64,000 nucleotides of DNA from an uncultured Candidatus Saccharibacteria bacterium (GCA_965230975.1 OZ246402.1:573009-637008); one strand, 5' to 3'. Positions 47,886 to 57,254 are shown, counted from the stretch's first letter. Translations and numbers: made by a program. Notes: a model not told the origin generated them from the letters alone.

Positions 47886-48323
47886 ATGAATTACTCACAG
47901 ATTTTATTTGAAAAAGCAACTTCATTTGCAGAAAATTTAAAAGTCAATACCGATATATCGTCTATATTTCTAGGTGGTTCAGGTAGTAGAGGAGTAGAGG
48001 AGTAGAGGATATTAATTCGGATGTCGAAATATATATTGTGCTCAATATTAAACGTAAACTGAATTCATACGTTTACTATTAAAATGCTTGTAGATATGGA
48101 ATATGAAGTGCCTGGAGAGTGGACCATATCTTTATTAATTGAAGGAATTAAATATGACATGTATTTTTGGGAGCTTTCATATATAGATGAGTTAATTACT
48201 AATCATTCTAATTCAATATTGAGTTCTTTAGATGAATGTTCTATTTCTTCGATTTTGGATGCAAAAGTAATTACTGGCAAACTATATATCAAGTCATTGC
48301 AATTAAATTATCAAACTACCTAA
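47886..48323 (+). pseudogene. disrupted nucleotidyltransferase-fold gene
   Basis: The N-terminal fragment MNYSQ...LGGSGSRGVEE stops at the TAG at 48003-48005. Removing one 8-nt repeat unit restores GSGSRGVEDINSDVEIYIV (the GS-x-RG...D-x-D NTase motif). At least one further lesion lies before the 48084..48323 ORF. Confidence 0.6.
47986..48009 (+). repeat. perfect 8-bp tandem repeat (GTAGAGGA x3) inside the NTase pseudogene
   Basis: Read directly from the sequence; this repeat creates the frameshift and premature stop. Confidence 0.9.
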
Positions 48324-48533
48324 AACAACTACAGTCCAAACTTATTCATGAATAAATTTCCATTGAAATTTGAGGAGTTTAAATTGTTTTTGAAGTTTTA
48401 ATTACGTAGTTTTTCTCTTTTTGTGAAATCTTCATTTTAATTCACTAATAATTTCCAATATATTTGTGCCACGGTACATTGTTGAGTTTCTGTTTAGAAG
48501 TTACTATGCGGTATTAAATTTTATAAGAATAGT

Positions 48534-48746
48534 ATGACCTTTGGTGAAAAAATTCAAATTTTGAGATTAAAAAAAGGCATTAGCCAAAAGCAGTTTTCTA
48601 AAGAATCTGGTATTCCCTTTTATACAATTGTCTCTTTAGAATATGATAGAACTAAAATCCCCCTAATAACTACTGTAATAAAACTAGCCCACTATTTTAA
48701 ACTAAGCATTATAGAAATTATTGAGGGTGTAGATTTTAAAAAATAA
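48534..48746 (+). CDS. XRE-family helix-turn-helix transcriptional regulator
   Basis: 70-aa ORF; KIQILRLKKGISQKQFSKESGIPFYTIVSLE is a classic Cro/C1-type HTH. Confidence 0.8.
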   Translation: MTFGEKIQILRLKKGISQKQFSKESGIPFYTIVSLEYDRTKIPLITTVIKLAHYFKLSIIEIIEGVDFKK

Positions 48747-48789
48747 GGTTTTTATAATTGTAAAAAACTAGTACGCCTTTTAAATATCT

Positions 48790-49989
48790 TTATTCTATAG
48801 TGCTTTTATCAAATAAAGATATGGGTATTTCCTCTTCTTCGGCAGTTAGCAAAAACTCTTTAAGCATCTCTTTATGTTCGTCATTTTGCATATAAGACCA
48901 GTCTGTTGCCTCATTATAGTTAGATTTATCTTCACTAAAAAGATTAATCTCTACTCTATATTCATTAAGTTGGTAGTTTTTTATATATTTTGCAACCTCT
49001 ATTATGCCTTCTAATATAGCTTTCCTATCGTTTAATGATATAGTAATACGTTTTTCTTCATCGTTAGTATATTTTTGATAGAAAGAACCGGTGTTAATCC
49101 ACACATCTCTCGTTCGTAGTTCTTGAGCTGCACCTATGGCAATATCAGGTTGAATAAATTCAGATGCTCTAAAAATTTCTTGTGCATTAAACTGGGCATT
49201 TGGAGCCCATGGGAATCCTTGAATACCAAAACTATCTACCAATGTCTTATCTATATTAACTAAGTATGGAGCTAAGCTAATGTAGTCTCCATTGTCCCAT
49301 AACACATCATCAGGTTCATAAGTTGTAGCATTTAATAAAATACTACCTTTTGCGTTTGGAAAATACTTTTTTAAAGATCTTAAATATGTATTTACTACAA
49401 TCCCAAAATCAGAAGGCTCTGTGTCTTTATTATCCCAATTTGGAGTATTCGATTCTGGAAAGGGCACCCATGTCCCCATCATTTCATCTGTAACACCTCT
49501 TTGCTTTAGTTCAAAAAAGAATGTATCTAGTGGCTTATTGTAAACTCCATTTAAAAAATCTCTGTACCTCAATAAGTTGCCACCAGTATATGGCTCTACT
49601 ATTACAATAGGCTGTATATTATTTTGCTTAAATAAATCAAGCTTAGTAGCGATAGTAAAGGCAAGTTCCTGGGCTGAGGTTTGATCAAAAGGAATATGTG
49701 TAAAAAACATTAGTTTATTTGTAACATAGGAGTCACAAATATCTTGATATTCTGCTAATTTTATTAAGTTTTCGTCTTGTTGTGTATTTAAATTTAATGA
49801 GTCTTTTGTTGAGCATTTAGTAAACATTGGCAAATTATCACTTTTATCTTCTTTAACAATATTGGTTAAGGTTTCGTTTAAAATCTCTTTTATGGTTTGG
49901 TTACTAAATATATTGAAAGTGAAAATCACAAAACAAAAAACTGACATAATAATAATCCCGTTTGCAATAAGTAATTCTCTGTTTTTCAT
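48790..49989 (-). CDS. membrane-anchored hypothetical protein, last gene of the GT2 operon (possible polysaccharide-processing enzyme)
   Basis: 399-aa ORF with an N-terminal TM helix, 17 nt downstream of the GT2 gene. Confidence 0.55.
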   Translation of the reverse strand: MKNRELLIANGIIIMSVFCFVIFTFNIFSNQTIKEILNETLTNIVKEDKSDNLPMFTKCSTKDSLNLNTQQDENLIKLAEYQDICDSYVTNKLMFFTHIPFDQTSAQELAFTIATKLDLFKQNNIQPIVIVEPYTGGNLLRYRDFLNGVYNKPLDTFFFELKQRGVTDEMMGTWVPFPESNTPNWDNKDTEPSDFGIVVNTYLRSLKKYFPNAKGSILLNATTYEPDDVLWDNGDYISLAPYLVNIDKTLVDSFGIQGFPWAPNAQFNAQEIFRASEFIQPDIAIGAAQELRTRDVWINTGSFYQKYTNDEEKRITISLNDRKAILEGIIEVAKYIKNYQLNEYRVEINLFSEDKSNYNEATDWSYMQNDEHKEMLKEFLLTAEEEEIPISLFDKSTIE

Positions 49990-50006
49990 ATTTTAATAAT
50001 AAAATC

Positions 50007-51266
50007 TTAAATTCCTTCGCGTTTCCATACTTGCCAAACAACCTCTTCTTTTTTTAAGTACATTCGTAGACTCTTAAATAATGCCATGTATTCAATCCAG
50101 TCAAGAAAGTAAAATAGAGGCCATGTAAATGGAAACATTAATATAATTCCAATCCTAGGCTTTTCGTTGCTAAACAAGGCTGTAATTACGTAAGATAAAA
50201 ATATAAATAGAATACCAATGCTTATAGATACAAATTCAAGTGTAATTAAGCTGTAAATTAACAATACAGCTATAGCTATTGGCTCAAAAATAAGTTGTAT
50301 TTCTGTAAATAATGAAAATGGTAGTACAAAATAAGATAAAAAGAAATTGTGTGAATCTTCTGTAGAAAAAAACATTGATTTATACTTTTTAAATGTATCT
50401 AATCTTCCTTTTTTCCATCTAATTCTTTGAGAAATTAATCCTTTTACAGTAGAAGCACCTTCTGTATAGCAAACTACATTTTCTGCATAAGTACATTTGT
50501 ATCCAAAGTATCTAAGTCTCATAGACATTTCTATATCTTCGGTTTTGTTTACAGTATCAAAAAGCCCAATTTTATCAAAAACTTCTCTTCTAAAAGATGC
50601 GCAAGCACCTCCAAAAATATATTCAGCACCAAGTACTGCGTGTGTTCTCTTGTTGTAAAATCCAAAGTAGTATTCTAAGTATTGTGCTAGCCCCAACAAG
50701 GTTTTTGTATTGGTTACTTGTACATTCCCAACAACTCCAAATATTGTTTCATCTCTGTAATATTTCACTAAATTACTTATAGAACCATTTTTAAGTTTTG
50801 AATCCGCATCTATAGTTAAAACTATCTCTCCTTTAGCAAGTTGAATTCCAGTATTTAAAGCAACTCCCTTTCCACCATTTGTCTGATATTTGTAGGTGAT
50901 TTTTTCACCTAGCTCTTTATCTTTATTTTTTAAATCAGAGATGTATTTTTTCATTATTTTATCTGAGTTGTCTGTAGATCCATCGTTAACAACTATTATT
51001 TGTACATTCGAATATCCGTTATATAAGGCTGATTCAACTGTTTTTAAAATTCCAACTTCTTCATTCCAAGCAGGTATTACTACTGACACTAAATAAGGTT
51101 CTGGGTTTTCTAATGAACCATTTTTTTTATATTGCTTTATTAATCTTAATTTTTCTTTAATTGTGTACCACGGAGCTATTACTAAAAAGAGATAATTTTT
51201 AAGTAATACTAGGCTTACAAATAATGCTATTAATGATGTGAATATTATATAGATTGTATTTTCCAT
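50007..51266 (-). CDS. processive family-2 glycosyltransferase (PgaC/IcaA/cellulose-synthase-like)
   Basis: VVIPAWNEE, VVNDGSTD, TIDADS, and QRIRWKKG (the QxxRW processivity motif); flanking TM helices. Confidence 0.85.
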   Translation of the reverse strand: MENTIYIIFTSLIALFVSLVLLKNYLFLVIAPWYTIKEKLRLIKQYKKNGSLENPEPYLVSVVIPAWNEEVGILKTVESALYNGYSNVQIIVVNDGSTDNSDKIMKKYISDLKNKDKELGEKITYKYQTNGGKGVALNTGIQLAKGEIVLTIDADSKLKNGSISNLVKYYRDETIFGVVGNVQVTNTKTLLGLAQYLEYYFGFYNKRTHAVLGAEYIFGGACASFRREVFDKIGLFDTVNKTEDIEMSMRLRYFGYKCTYAENVVCYTEGASTVKGLISQRIRWKKGRLDTFKKYKSMFFSTEDSHNFFLSYFVLPFSLFTEIQLIFEPIAIAVLLIYSLITLEFVSISIGILFIFLSYVITALFSNEKPRIGIILMFPFTWPLFYFLDWIEYMALFKSLRMYLKKEEVVWQVWKREGI

Positions 51267-51270
51267 TTAT

Positions 51271-51879
51271 TTATCTGTAACTGACTAAAGAGTAACCGTA
51301 ATATATTGAATTATTAGTGTCTTCTATTAATAAAATAATTTGTCTTTTATCTGATTTACTTGCTACAAAGATATCGTTGTAGTTCAGAATTTTGATTGAT
51401 TCAACTGAGTAACTAATAGATTGCCCTTTCTTTGTAGATATATTTACAGTGTTTCCGATTTCAATGTTGCTGGTGTAGGGGATTGTTCTCCAAGATTTTT
51501 TTAAGTAAATTAAGTAGTCGACTGGATTGTTAAATTTATCGTAATTTAATTCAATGTATTGAGCCATACTAGGTCTTTGGTACCAAATATCATTTATATT
51601 TCTTGCTTCTTCAACAATCGATTTAATACCAAGTTCTTCTATTTCTATTAAATCTATTATTCCAATGTCTAAATTAATATCAATATCTTTATTACCTTGT
51701 TTAATTTTATATTCTGATACTATTTTATTTATTGGTTCTTGTATCTCCATTTGGTTCAAGGACATTCCAAGTGGTATGTCTTGGTTTGCTAGTACTTCAA
51801 ATGCATTTGCAAATATGAAAAGTGTAAATGTAAAAGATGCCAGGCCGAATATGAGCTTTTGAGGCTGTAAAAATTTCAT
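51271..51879 (-). CDS. secreted hypothetical protein
   Basis: 202-aa ORF with a signal-like N-terminus; 4 nt upstream of the GT2 gene. Confidence 0.55.
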   Translation of the reverse strand: MKFLQPQKLIFGLASFTFTLFIFANAFEVLANQDIPLGMSLNQMEIQEPINKIVSEYKIKQGNKDIDINLDIGIIDLIEIEELGIKSIVEEARNINDIWYQRPSMAQYIELNYDKFNNPVDYLIYLKKSWRTIPYTSNIEIGNTVNISTKKGQSISYSVESIKILNYNDIFVASKSDKRQIILLIEDTNNSIYYGYSLVSYR

Positions 51880-52016
51880 GATATTTTTTTGAATCTTATG
51901 TATAGACTTAAAATTATGTTTAGTATTAGTGTTATTAAGTTTATTAGTACTACTGTTGAGGCAATAAAAATTAACCCAAAAATAATAAAGTTTTCAAACA
52001 ATATGTATTGAATCAT
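51876..52016 (-). CDS. small hydrophobic protein (46 aa), absent from the ORF track
   Basis: Hand translation gives MIQYILFENFIIFGLIFIASTVVLINLITLILNIILSLYIRFKKIS. Its TGA overlaps the ATG of the next gene (ATGA). Confidence 0.35.
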   Translation of the reverse strand: MIQYILFENFIIFGLIFIASTVVLINLITLILNIILSLYIRFKKIS

Positions 52017-52158
52017 ATATGTTAGTATGATTTTTAACTTTGATAATTAAAAAAGGCTTGGTTAATTAGTTAGTTTTATTAACTAATTAGGTTTCGGTGT
52101 ATGATAATCTTATTACTTACTAAAGTCGGCAATTTTTAGTAAATAAAGTGTAAAGAAA

Positions 52159-52575
52159 TTATTTCTTTTTGTAGTTTAAATATACCTGTACCATTAGTGC
52201 TACAAGTATAAAGTTTTTTAGAATATATTGTGCTTCTAGTGTTGGCAGTAAGAATCCTGTCCACGCAATATTTGGTAAGAATATTAACGGCAGGAATGTT
52301 GTTGCCATGTGGGCTATTGATAAGACAAATGTGATTTTTGTGATTGGTTTGTATAGGTAAAGTAAACCAATTATTACTTCAGTTAATCCTAAAAATATTA
52401 CAAAGGAGTTTGAGTCTAGAAAGGGTAGGGTTGCCTTTTGAAGATCAATAACTAAGGGTGAGGCTGGGCTTTGTCCGGTTACTTTTATTATTCCAAACCA
52501 AAAGTATGCTAAGAATATTGATAGTCTAGAAAATGTATCTATGTATTTACTAAATATTGGGTCTAGCTTTTGCAT
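52159..52575 (-). CDS. integral membrane protein (about 4 TM helices)
   Basis: 138-aa hydrophobic ORF. Confidence 0.55.
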   Translation of the reverse strand: MQKLDPIFSKYIDTFSRLSIFLAYFWFGIIKVTGQSPASPLVIDLQKATLPFLDSNSFVIFLGLTEVIIGLLYLYKPITKITFVLSIAHMATTFLPLIFLPNIAWTGFLLPTLEAQYILKNFILVALMVQVYLNYKKK

Positions 52576-52700
52576 TAAATGTAACTTTTAATAAGTATTG
52601 TATTATTTAACAATTTCTTGGGTTAAAGATCAATAGTTTGTATTTTAGTAAGTTTGAAAGTTTGTGGGATACTGGTATAAGTTATTAGTTATCAAATTTT

Positions 52701-52889
52701 ATGGAAGGTTTTAATTGGGGAGTTTTTGACTTTATTATTGGGTTTTCTTTGATTTTTGTTACAGCTTTAGTTTTTTATTTTGTTTCTAAAAAACTAAAAA
52801 TACTAAAACATAAGGTTGTTTTAGGTATAGGTTTATTAGCCATATTATTAGTGGTTTGGGTGGAATTAGCTGTAGGGATTTTTAACTGA
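52701..52889 (+). CDS. small membrane protein (2 TM helices)
   Basis: 62-aa hydrophobic ORF. Confidence 0.4.
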   Translation: MEGFNWGVFDFIIGFSLIFVTALVFYFVSKKLKILKHKVVLGIGLLAILLVVWVELAVGIFN

Positions 52890-52980
52890 TTAAATATTTG
52901 CGGGATTGGATATATATCCTATTGCACATGTCAGTGCATCTATAAATTCATCAATTTGGGTTAGCGTATTTTTAGATTAT

Positions 52981-53727
52981 TTATGCAAGTTTTAAGACCT
53001 TTTTAAGAACCTTGTTATCTGTATTATATTCAACTATTTCAAAACGCCTAAAGTTTAATAGTTTTTCTCTAGAGAATTTAAGTTCAATTTTATAACCATA
53101 TATATTTAATGCTACTTGCCTAAAGTTTTGATCGTATACATTAAAACTTTGTTTTTGGGTTGTTATTTTGTCCCAAAGCTTACTTGTAATTGAGTTTGAT
53201 TTTATTTTAATTATTGAGTCTTGATAAATCTGATCATCTTCTTGGTAGCCCATTTCTGCGTAGAAGAGTTTTAGTTGATTCGCAACAATTTCTTGTAATC
53301 TGAAGATTTTAAATATTGGATTGCTAGCCTGATCTACAATTAAGTTAATTACTGATTGATCAATATATTTATCCCAATCTACTGGAATTAGTTTTTTGAA
53401 ACCATTAGATACAGCAATTAGTCTTTTTCTATCATCAAGTAAGTAGAGTAATCTATTATTAGAGTTTAATAGATCTTGTATTGAATTTTTTGCTAGATTT
53501 ATTTCTTCTTTAGAAGCTGGGTTTTGAGTTTTGCCAATTAGGTAATCGATTTCTTCTTCGTTAAGTTTAAAAACCTCTGCAATTTTTAATACACTTTCTT
53601 TAGTAGGATTTATAATATTATTTTCTATTCTGCTTATAACACCTGCTGATAATCCTGTGAGTACCTCGGCTTCAAGTTGGCTTAAGCCACATCTGTTTCT
53701 AAAGTATTTTAGTCTGGTTCCTAGCAT
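52981..53727 (-). CDS. XRE-family HTH regulator with a ~180-aa C-terminal domain of unknown function
   Basis: N-terminal LKYFRNRCGLSQLEAEVLTGLSAGVISRIENN. Confidence 0.7.
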   Translation of the reverse strand: MLGTRLKYFRNRCGLSQLEAEVLTGLSAGVISRIENNIINPTKESVLKIAEVFKLNEEEIDYLIGKTQNPASKEEINLAKNSIQDLLNSNNRLLYLLDDRKRLIAVSNGFKKLIPVDWDKYIDQSVINLIVDQASNPIFKIFRLQEIVANQLKLFYAEMGYQEDDQIYQDSIIKIKSNSITSKLWDKITTQKQSFNVYDQNFRQVALNIYGYKIELKFSREKLLNFRRFEIVEYNTDNKVLKKVLKLA

Positions 53728-53871
53728 AATGTTTTAGTTTTGAAGTAGGATTTAATTACAATATGAATTTTAGCATGAGTTACAATAAGATCTTTACAAT
53801 GTAGCCATATCAAATCAAATCACACTAGTGTGATATAATGCGTATATACTATTTTATGTAGTTAATTCACA

Positions 53872-54972
53872 ATGTCAATTAATACTGATTTAGAACAAAG
53901 TAATTCGGTTAGACTAATAAGTAGCCAAATTAAAGAGCGTTCTTCAAATGTGGTTTTATACTCTGATTCAGATTTTAAATCTGCCCACAGTATTTATTGC
54001 CCTATAGGATTTGAGTCTGTTGCTGACTATTATGTTGCTCCTTACATGCGTAAGTTTGCAGACATTATCTTTGGTGTCGCACAAAATCCTTCTTATGGAT
54101 ATTCCCCTGAAAAGAATGAAATACATATTTACTTTTCAGAAATGGATTTATATAAAGGAATTTTAGCTTTGTTAGCTAATAATACTCGAGCATTAGAGGG
54201 TATTCTTAAAGCTCTAGAAATAGATCATACTCAAATTGAAGATACTATTTTAAGATACGTAAGGCTTCTCAATAGAATTACCTTTGATAATAAATATAAT
54301 TTGGATAATCAAGATAAACTTTTACTTGAAAGGATGGGTGCTTTTTTTAGTGGCCATCCGGATTTTATAGAATTGATTTTTGGTAATTCTGTAAATTACT
54401 CTGTTTATCATGAGGTAAATCACGCCAGGTTAGATGATTTGTATTTAAATGTAGCATATATTCCAAGATATAATTCTAGTTCTGCAAGAAATGCGATGCA
54501 AGTCAGTTATATAGGGTTTATGGATAAGTTTAATGAAATTGAGACTTATTTAATTGAAAATAATAACTTAACAGATTCCTATATTACTATTCTTCAACTA
54601 ACTAATCATGGTATGTTTAAGATTTTGTTAAGGGATATCTATTCTTATCCAGATAAGATAGATGCATTGTATACAAGTTATCTGGGTTCTTTACAGGAGC
54701 TGTTTAATTTTATGCAATTCGCAATTCTAAAAAAAGATTTAGCTAAAGATGAATTACAAAAGCAATTGATTAGATATTTTTGTGCATATATTGCAGATGT
54801 AATGTTTTTATTCCCTGATAATGCTATTGTTAGAAGATACTTGGATTTGGCAAATTCTTTAGATGCAAATCAAATAAATTTGTTTTTGAAAGAGTTAGTC
54901 GCCCTAATGAATAAGGAGTCGTTTGATAAGTTTGTAGATACTCATTTTAGATGGCTACAAAAAGAGGATTAA
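53872..54972 (+). CDS. hypothetical protein with an HExxH motif
   Basis: 366-aa ORF containing YHEVNHA; divergent from the XRE gene. Confidence 0.5.
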   Translation: MSINTDLEQSNSVRLISSQIKERSSNVVLYSDSDFKSAHSIYCPIGFESVADYYVAPYMRKFADIIFGVAQNPSYGYSPEKNEIHIYFSEMDLYKGILALLANNTRALEGILKALEIDHTQIEDTILRYVRLLNRITFDNKYNLDNQDKLLLERMGAFFSGHPDFIELIFGNSVNYSVYHEVNHARLDDLYLNVAYIPRYNSSSARNAMQVSYIGFMDKFNEIETYLIENNNLTDSYITILQLTNHGMFKILLRDIYSYPDKIDALYTSYLGSLQELFNFMQFAILKKDLAKDELQKQLIRYFCAYIADVMFLFPDNAIVRRYLDLANSLDANQINLFLKELVALMNKESFDKFVDTHFRWLQKED

Positions 54973-55457
54973 TTTTCGCTATACTGATCAAGTTCCTCCT
55001 GTGTTATAGAAAACATTTGTCTTATCATATCTAGTTGAGATCTTAATACCATAAAATTTATACTGTTAGATTCCATTTCTTCAGCACTTAATATTAAAGG
55101 CATTTCTGGGTTATGTTCTTCGTAATCTGTTCTAATTTCTCCGATATGTGGTATCTTACCTATTTGTTCTATGGTTTTTAAAATTCCACCTGCTAGCCAT
55201 TGTGAGCAGTTTAACGGGCTATTTACATATTCTTCGAGGCTTAAACCTGACCTGATATTTGGATATATTCCAAGTTCTTTAAGATGGTTTAAGACTAGGT
55301 ATATTTTGTTTAGAAGTATTTCTTTATCCATTGGTCTTAAAGGTAGTGTTGGGTCCTCACTATAACTAGTAATGTATGCCATTACTTCTACACATAAATC
55401 TCTTAGCTCTTTACTTTTGTGGTCGCTATTAAAGAAATATTTATCAGGTTTGAACAT
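54969..55457 (-). CDS. hypothetical protein
   Basis: 162-aa ORF. Confidence 0.55.
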   Translation of the reverse strand: MFKPDKYFFNSDHKSKELRDLCVEVMAYITSYSEDPTLPLRPMDKEILLNKIYLVLNHLKELGIYPNIRSGLSLEEYVNSPLNCSQWLAGGILKTIEQIGKIPHIGEIRTDYEEHNPEMPLILSAEEMESNSINFMVLRSQLDMIRQMFSITQEELDQYSEN

Positions 55458-55537
55458 GAATTTATTCTCAAAAAATATTGTGTGGATTATATACTATTTT
55501 TCTGAAGTTTAAAGAATTGTACATTTAATTGGCAGAT

Positions 55538-55582
55538 CTCGTAACATTCGACTACATTTCATTTGTCTCATTAACTACGGAG
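55538..55582 (+). repeat. 45-nt direct repeat, copy 1
   Basis: CTCGTAACATTCGACTACATTTCATTTGTCTCATTAACTACGGAG; 44/45 identical to 57210-57254. Confidence 0.9.
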
Positions 55583-55709
55583 AGCTTCGGATGTTTTTCC
55601 AATTTGACCCGTGGCAAGAAATATTATTGATTGACCAATAGATATTAATTCTACACTCTATAGATTTATTAATAGTGTGTTATGATCTATCATATTTCAT
55701 TCTCAAAGT

Positions 55710-56783
55710 ATGAAACAAATGGTTCATTTAAATGAAAACATGCGTTCTAGTAGAGGCATTGTTAGAATGTTTAATCAAATACCCACACAGGAATTATTAG
55801 AAGCTCTCTCGAAATATCCTGATTTAATACCACCTGGTGCAGAGATTGTAGCAACCAATTTTGGACAGATAAATTTGGTCTACATTGTTAGAGTTCCAGG
55901 TATAAAGATCCCTAAACGAGTAATTATTATACCCAGGCCAGATAAAGAGACAAATCAGGTTGAGCAAGACACAATGGAAGATTTTTACGGTTTAAAAGAA
56001 GTGTATGAATCTTTTGTGGCATTTAAATCTGAAGGTAAGATTCAAGCTACAGCTACCATACCTATACCTAGACCTTTAGGACTTATTTGCTCTCAATTTT
56101 TAACTGTAATGGTTAATGAATTCGCGGGCAGTCAAGAAGGTTATTTTGGTTCTGAAGAAACCTTTCCTGCTTTTGTTTCGGGAGGAACAGGTGGTAATAC
56201 ATATTTAGGTTTATCCTGGATAGTGAACCCAAGTTTCACTAATGAGACAGACTTATTAAGACGTCAGACTACAAGTATTGCTAATAGGTTGACTCATCAT
56301 CTGGGTAACAATGGAATTGATAGTGAATATAGTAGTATCTCTCATGCGATAGCTATCTCTCATATTGAAGCTCTAGTCAAAGTTTGGTTACTTACAGGAA
56401 AATATCCTCTAAAATACTGTCCTTCTGCTGGAGATGGTGTTATGTTAAATAAAGATTATGATTCAAAAAGTCATCCTGACATAGCTAATGTGGATATTAA
56501 TTTAATTACATTAAGAGGCGGACTATCTCGGGTAGTAGATTCGCAAGCTTTTATTCAATTCTTAAGAGGACTAAAGGATAAGCCAATCGTTTATTGCGAT
56601 TTTAAAGGTTCGGATTTAGTCATAGTTCAACCTAATAATGCTAAATTATATGAATACTGGGGAGGAGAGGAAGTTAGTGTTTTTAGTGATAAACAAATTA
56701 GAGAAGGTATTGAAAGGGCATTTATGAATTACTTTGGAAACGATTCTTTGCATTATCTGCAAAGAATTTTGGCTGAAGTATAA
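55710..56783 (+). CDS. hypothetical protein (possibly a divergent kinase-like fold)
   Basis: 357-aa ORF. NFGQINLVYIV loosely resembles the glycine-loop strand of APH/ChoK-type kinases, but no clear catalytic motif is present. Confidence 0.55.
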   Translation: MKQMVHLNENMRSSRGIVRMFNQIPTQELLEALSKYPDLIPPGAEIVATNFGQINLVYIVRVPGIKIPKRVIIIPRPDKETNQVEQDTMEDFYGLKEVYESFVAFKSEGKIQATATIPIPRPLGLICSQFLTVMVNEFAGSQEGYFGSEETFPAFVSGGTGGNTYLGLSWIVNPSFTNETDLLRRQTTSIANRLTHHLGNNGIDSEYSSISHAIAISHIEALVKVWLLTGKYPLKYCPSAGDGVMLNKDYDSKSHPDIANVDINLITLRGGLSRVVDSQAFIQFLRGLKDKPIVYCDFKGSDLVIVQPNNAKLYEYWGGEEVSVFSDKQIREGIERAFMNYFGNDSLHYLQRILAEV

Positions 56784-56808
56784 AAAGCTCTATCAGTTTT
56801 TAATTTTA

Positions 56809-57108
56809 TTAAGCTTCTCTGTCGATTTCTTTATTTCCTAGTTCAGATTCTTGAATGTTTTTAATATCAACAGTTCTTCTAGCTAAGTACAGAGAACCAA
56901 CGCTATGTTGAAGCATTTTAATTAAACCATCAGGAGTATGGCTGCTATCGATTTCACCCTGCCCGTTAATTCCTACATAAATATTCCCATCAGTTTGAAC
57001 AAAATATACTGTATTCTTCTCTATAGCTAGTTTTTTAGCATTCGCAAGTCTTTCTTCATATGTTTCAGGAACAGTTTGATCTATTAAATCCTCAATGTGG
57101 TAGTTCAT
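56809..57108 (-). CDS. hypothetical protein
   Basis: 99-aa ORF with a good upstream promoter. Confidence 0.55.
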   Translation of the reverse strand: MNYHIEDLIDQTVPETYEERLANAKKLAIEKNTVYFVQTDGNIYVGINGQGEIDSSHTPDGLIKMLQHSVGSLYLARRTVDIKNIQESELGNKEIDREA

Positions 57109-57135
57109 TTATATAGGTTTAAAATTTAATAACTG

Positions 57136-57164
57136 ATTATAACGTTGACAAATTATGTGGTCAA
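57136..57164 (-). promoter_or_regulatory. sigma70-like promoter for the 56809..57108 gene
   Basis: On the minus strand: TTGACC (57164-57159), 17-nt spacer, TATAAT (57141-57136), 28 nt before the ATG. Confidence 0.5.
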
Positions 57165-57209
57165 TATTAGTTTCGAATTTAAGAACGGAGGAGACCAAGT
57201 AGGTCGCTC

Positions 57210-57254
57210 CTCGTAACATTCGACTACATATCATTTGTCTCATTAACTACGGAG
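57210..57254 (+). repeat. 45-nt direct repeat, copy 2
   Basis: Same 45-mer as 55538-55582 with a single T/A difference at position 21. Confidence 0.9.

Noticed and set aside
51271-51879. Sortase-like enzyme in the polysaccharide operon
   Set aside because: The beta-rich secreted protein superficially resembles sortases, but it contains no cysteine at all, so it cannot be a catalytic sortase.
55552-55617. Small peptides overlapping the 45-nt repeats on the minus strand: 21 aa ending SVVNETNEM here, and 18 aa ending SVVNETNDM at 57224-57280
   Set aside because: Nucleotide identity continues 17 nt past the shared stop codon, and the N-terminal parts are unrelated. One of the two needs a TTG start. 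The conservation is better explained at the DNA or RNA level.
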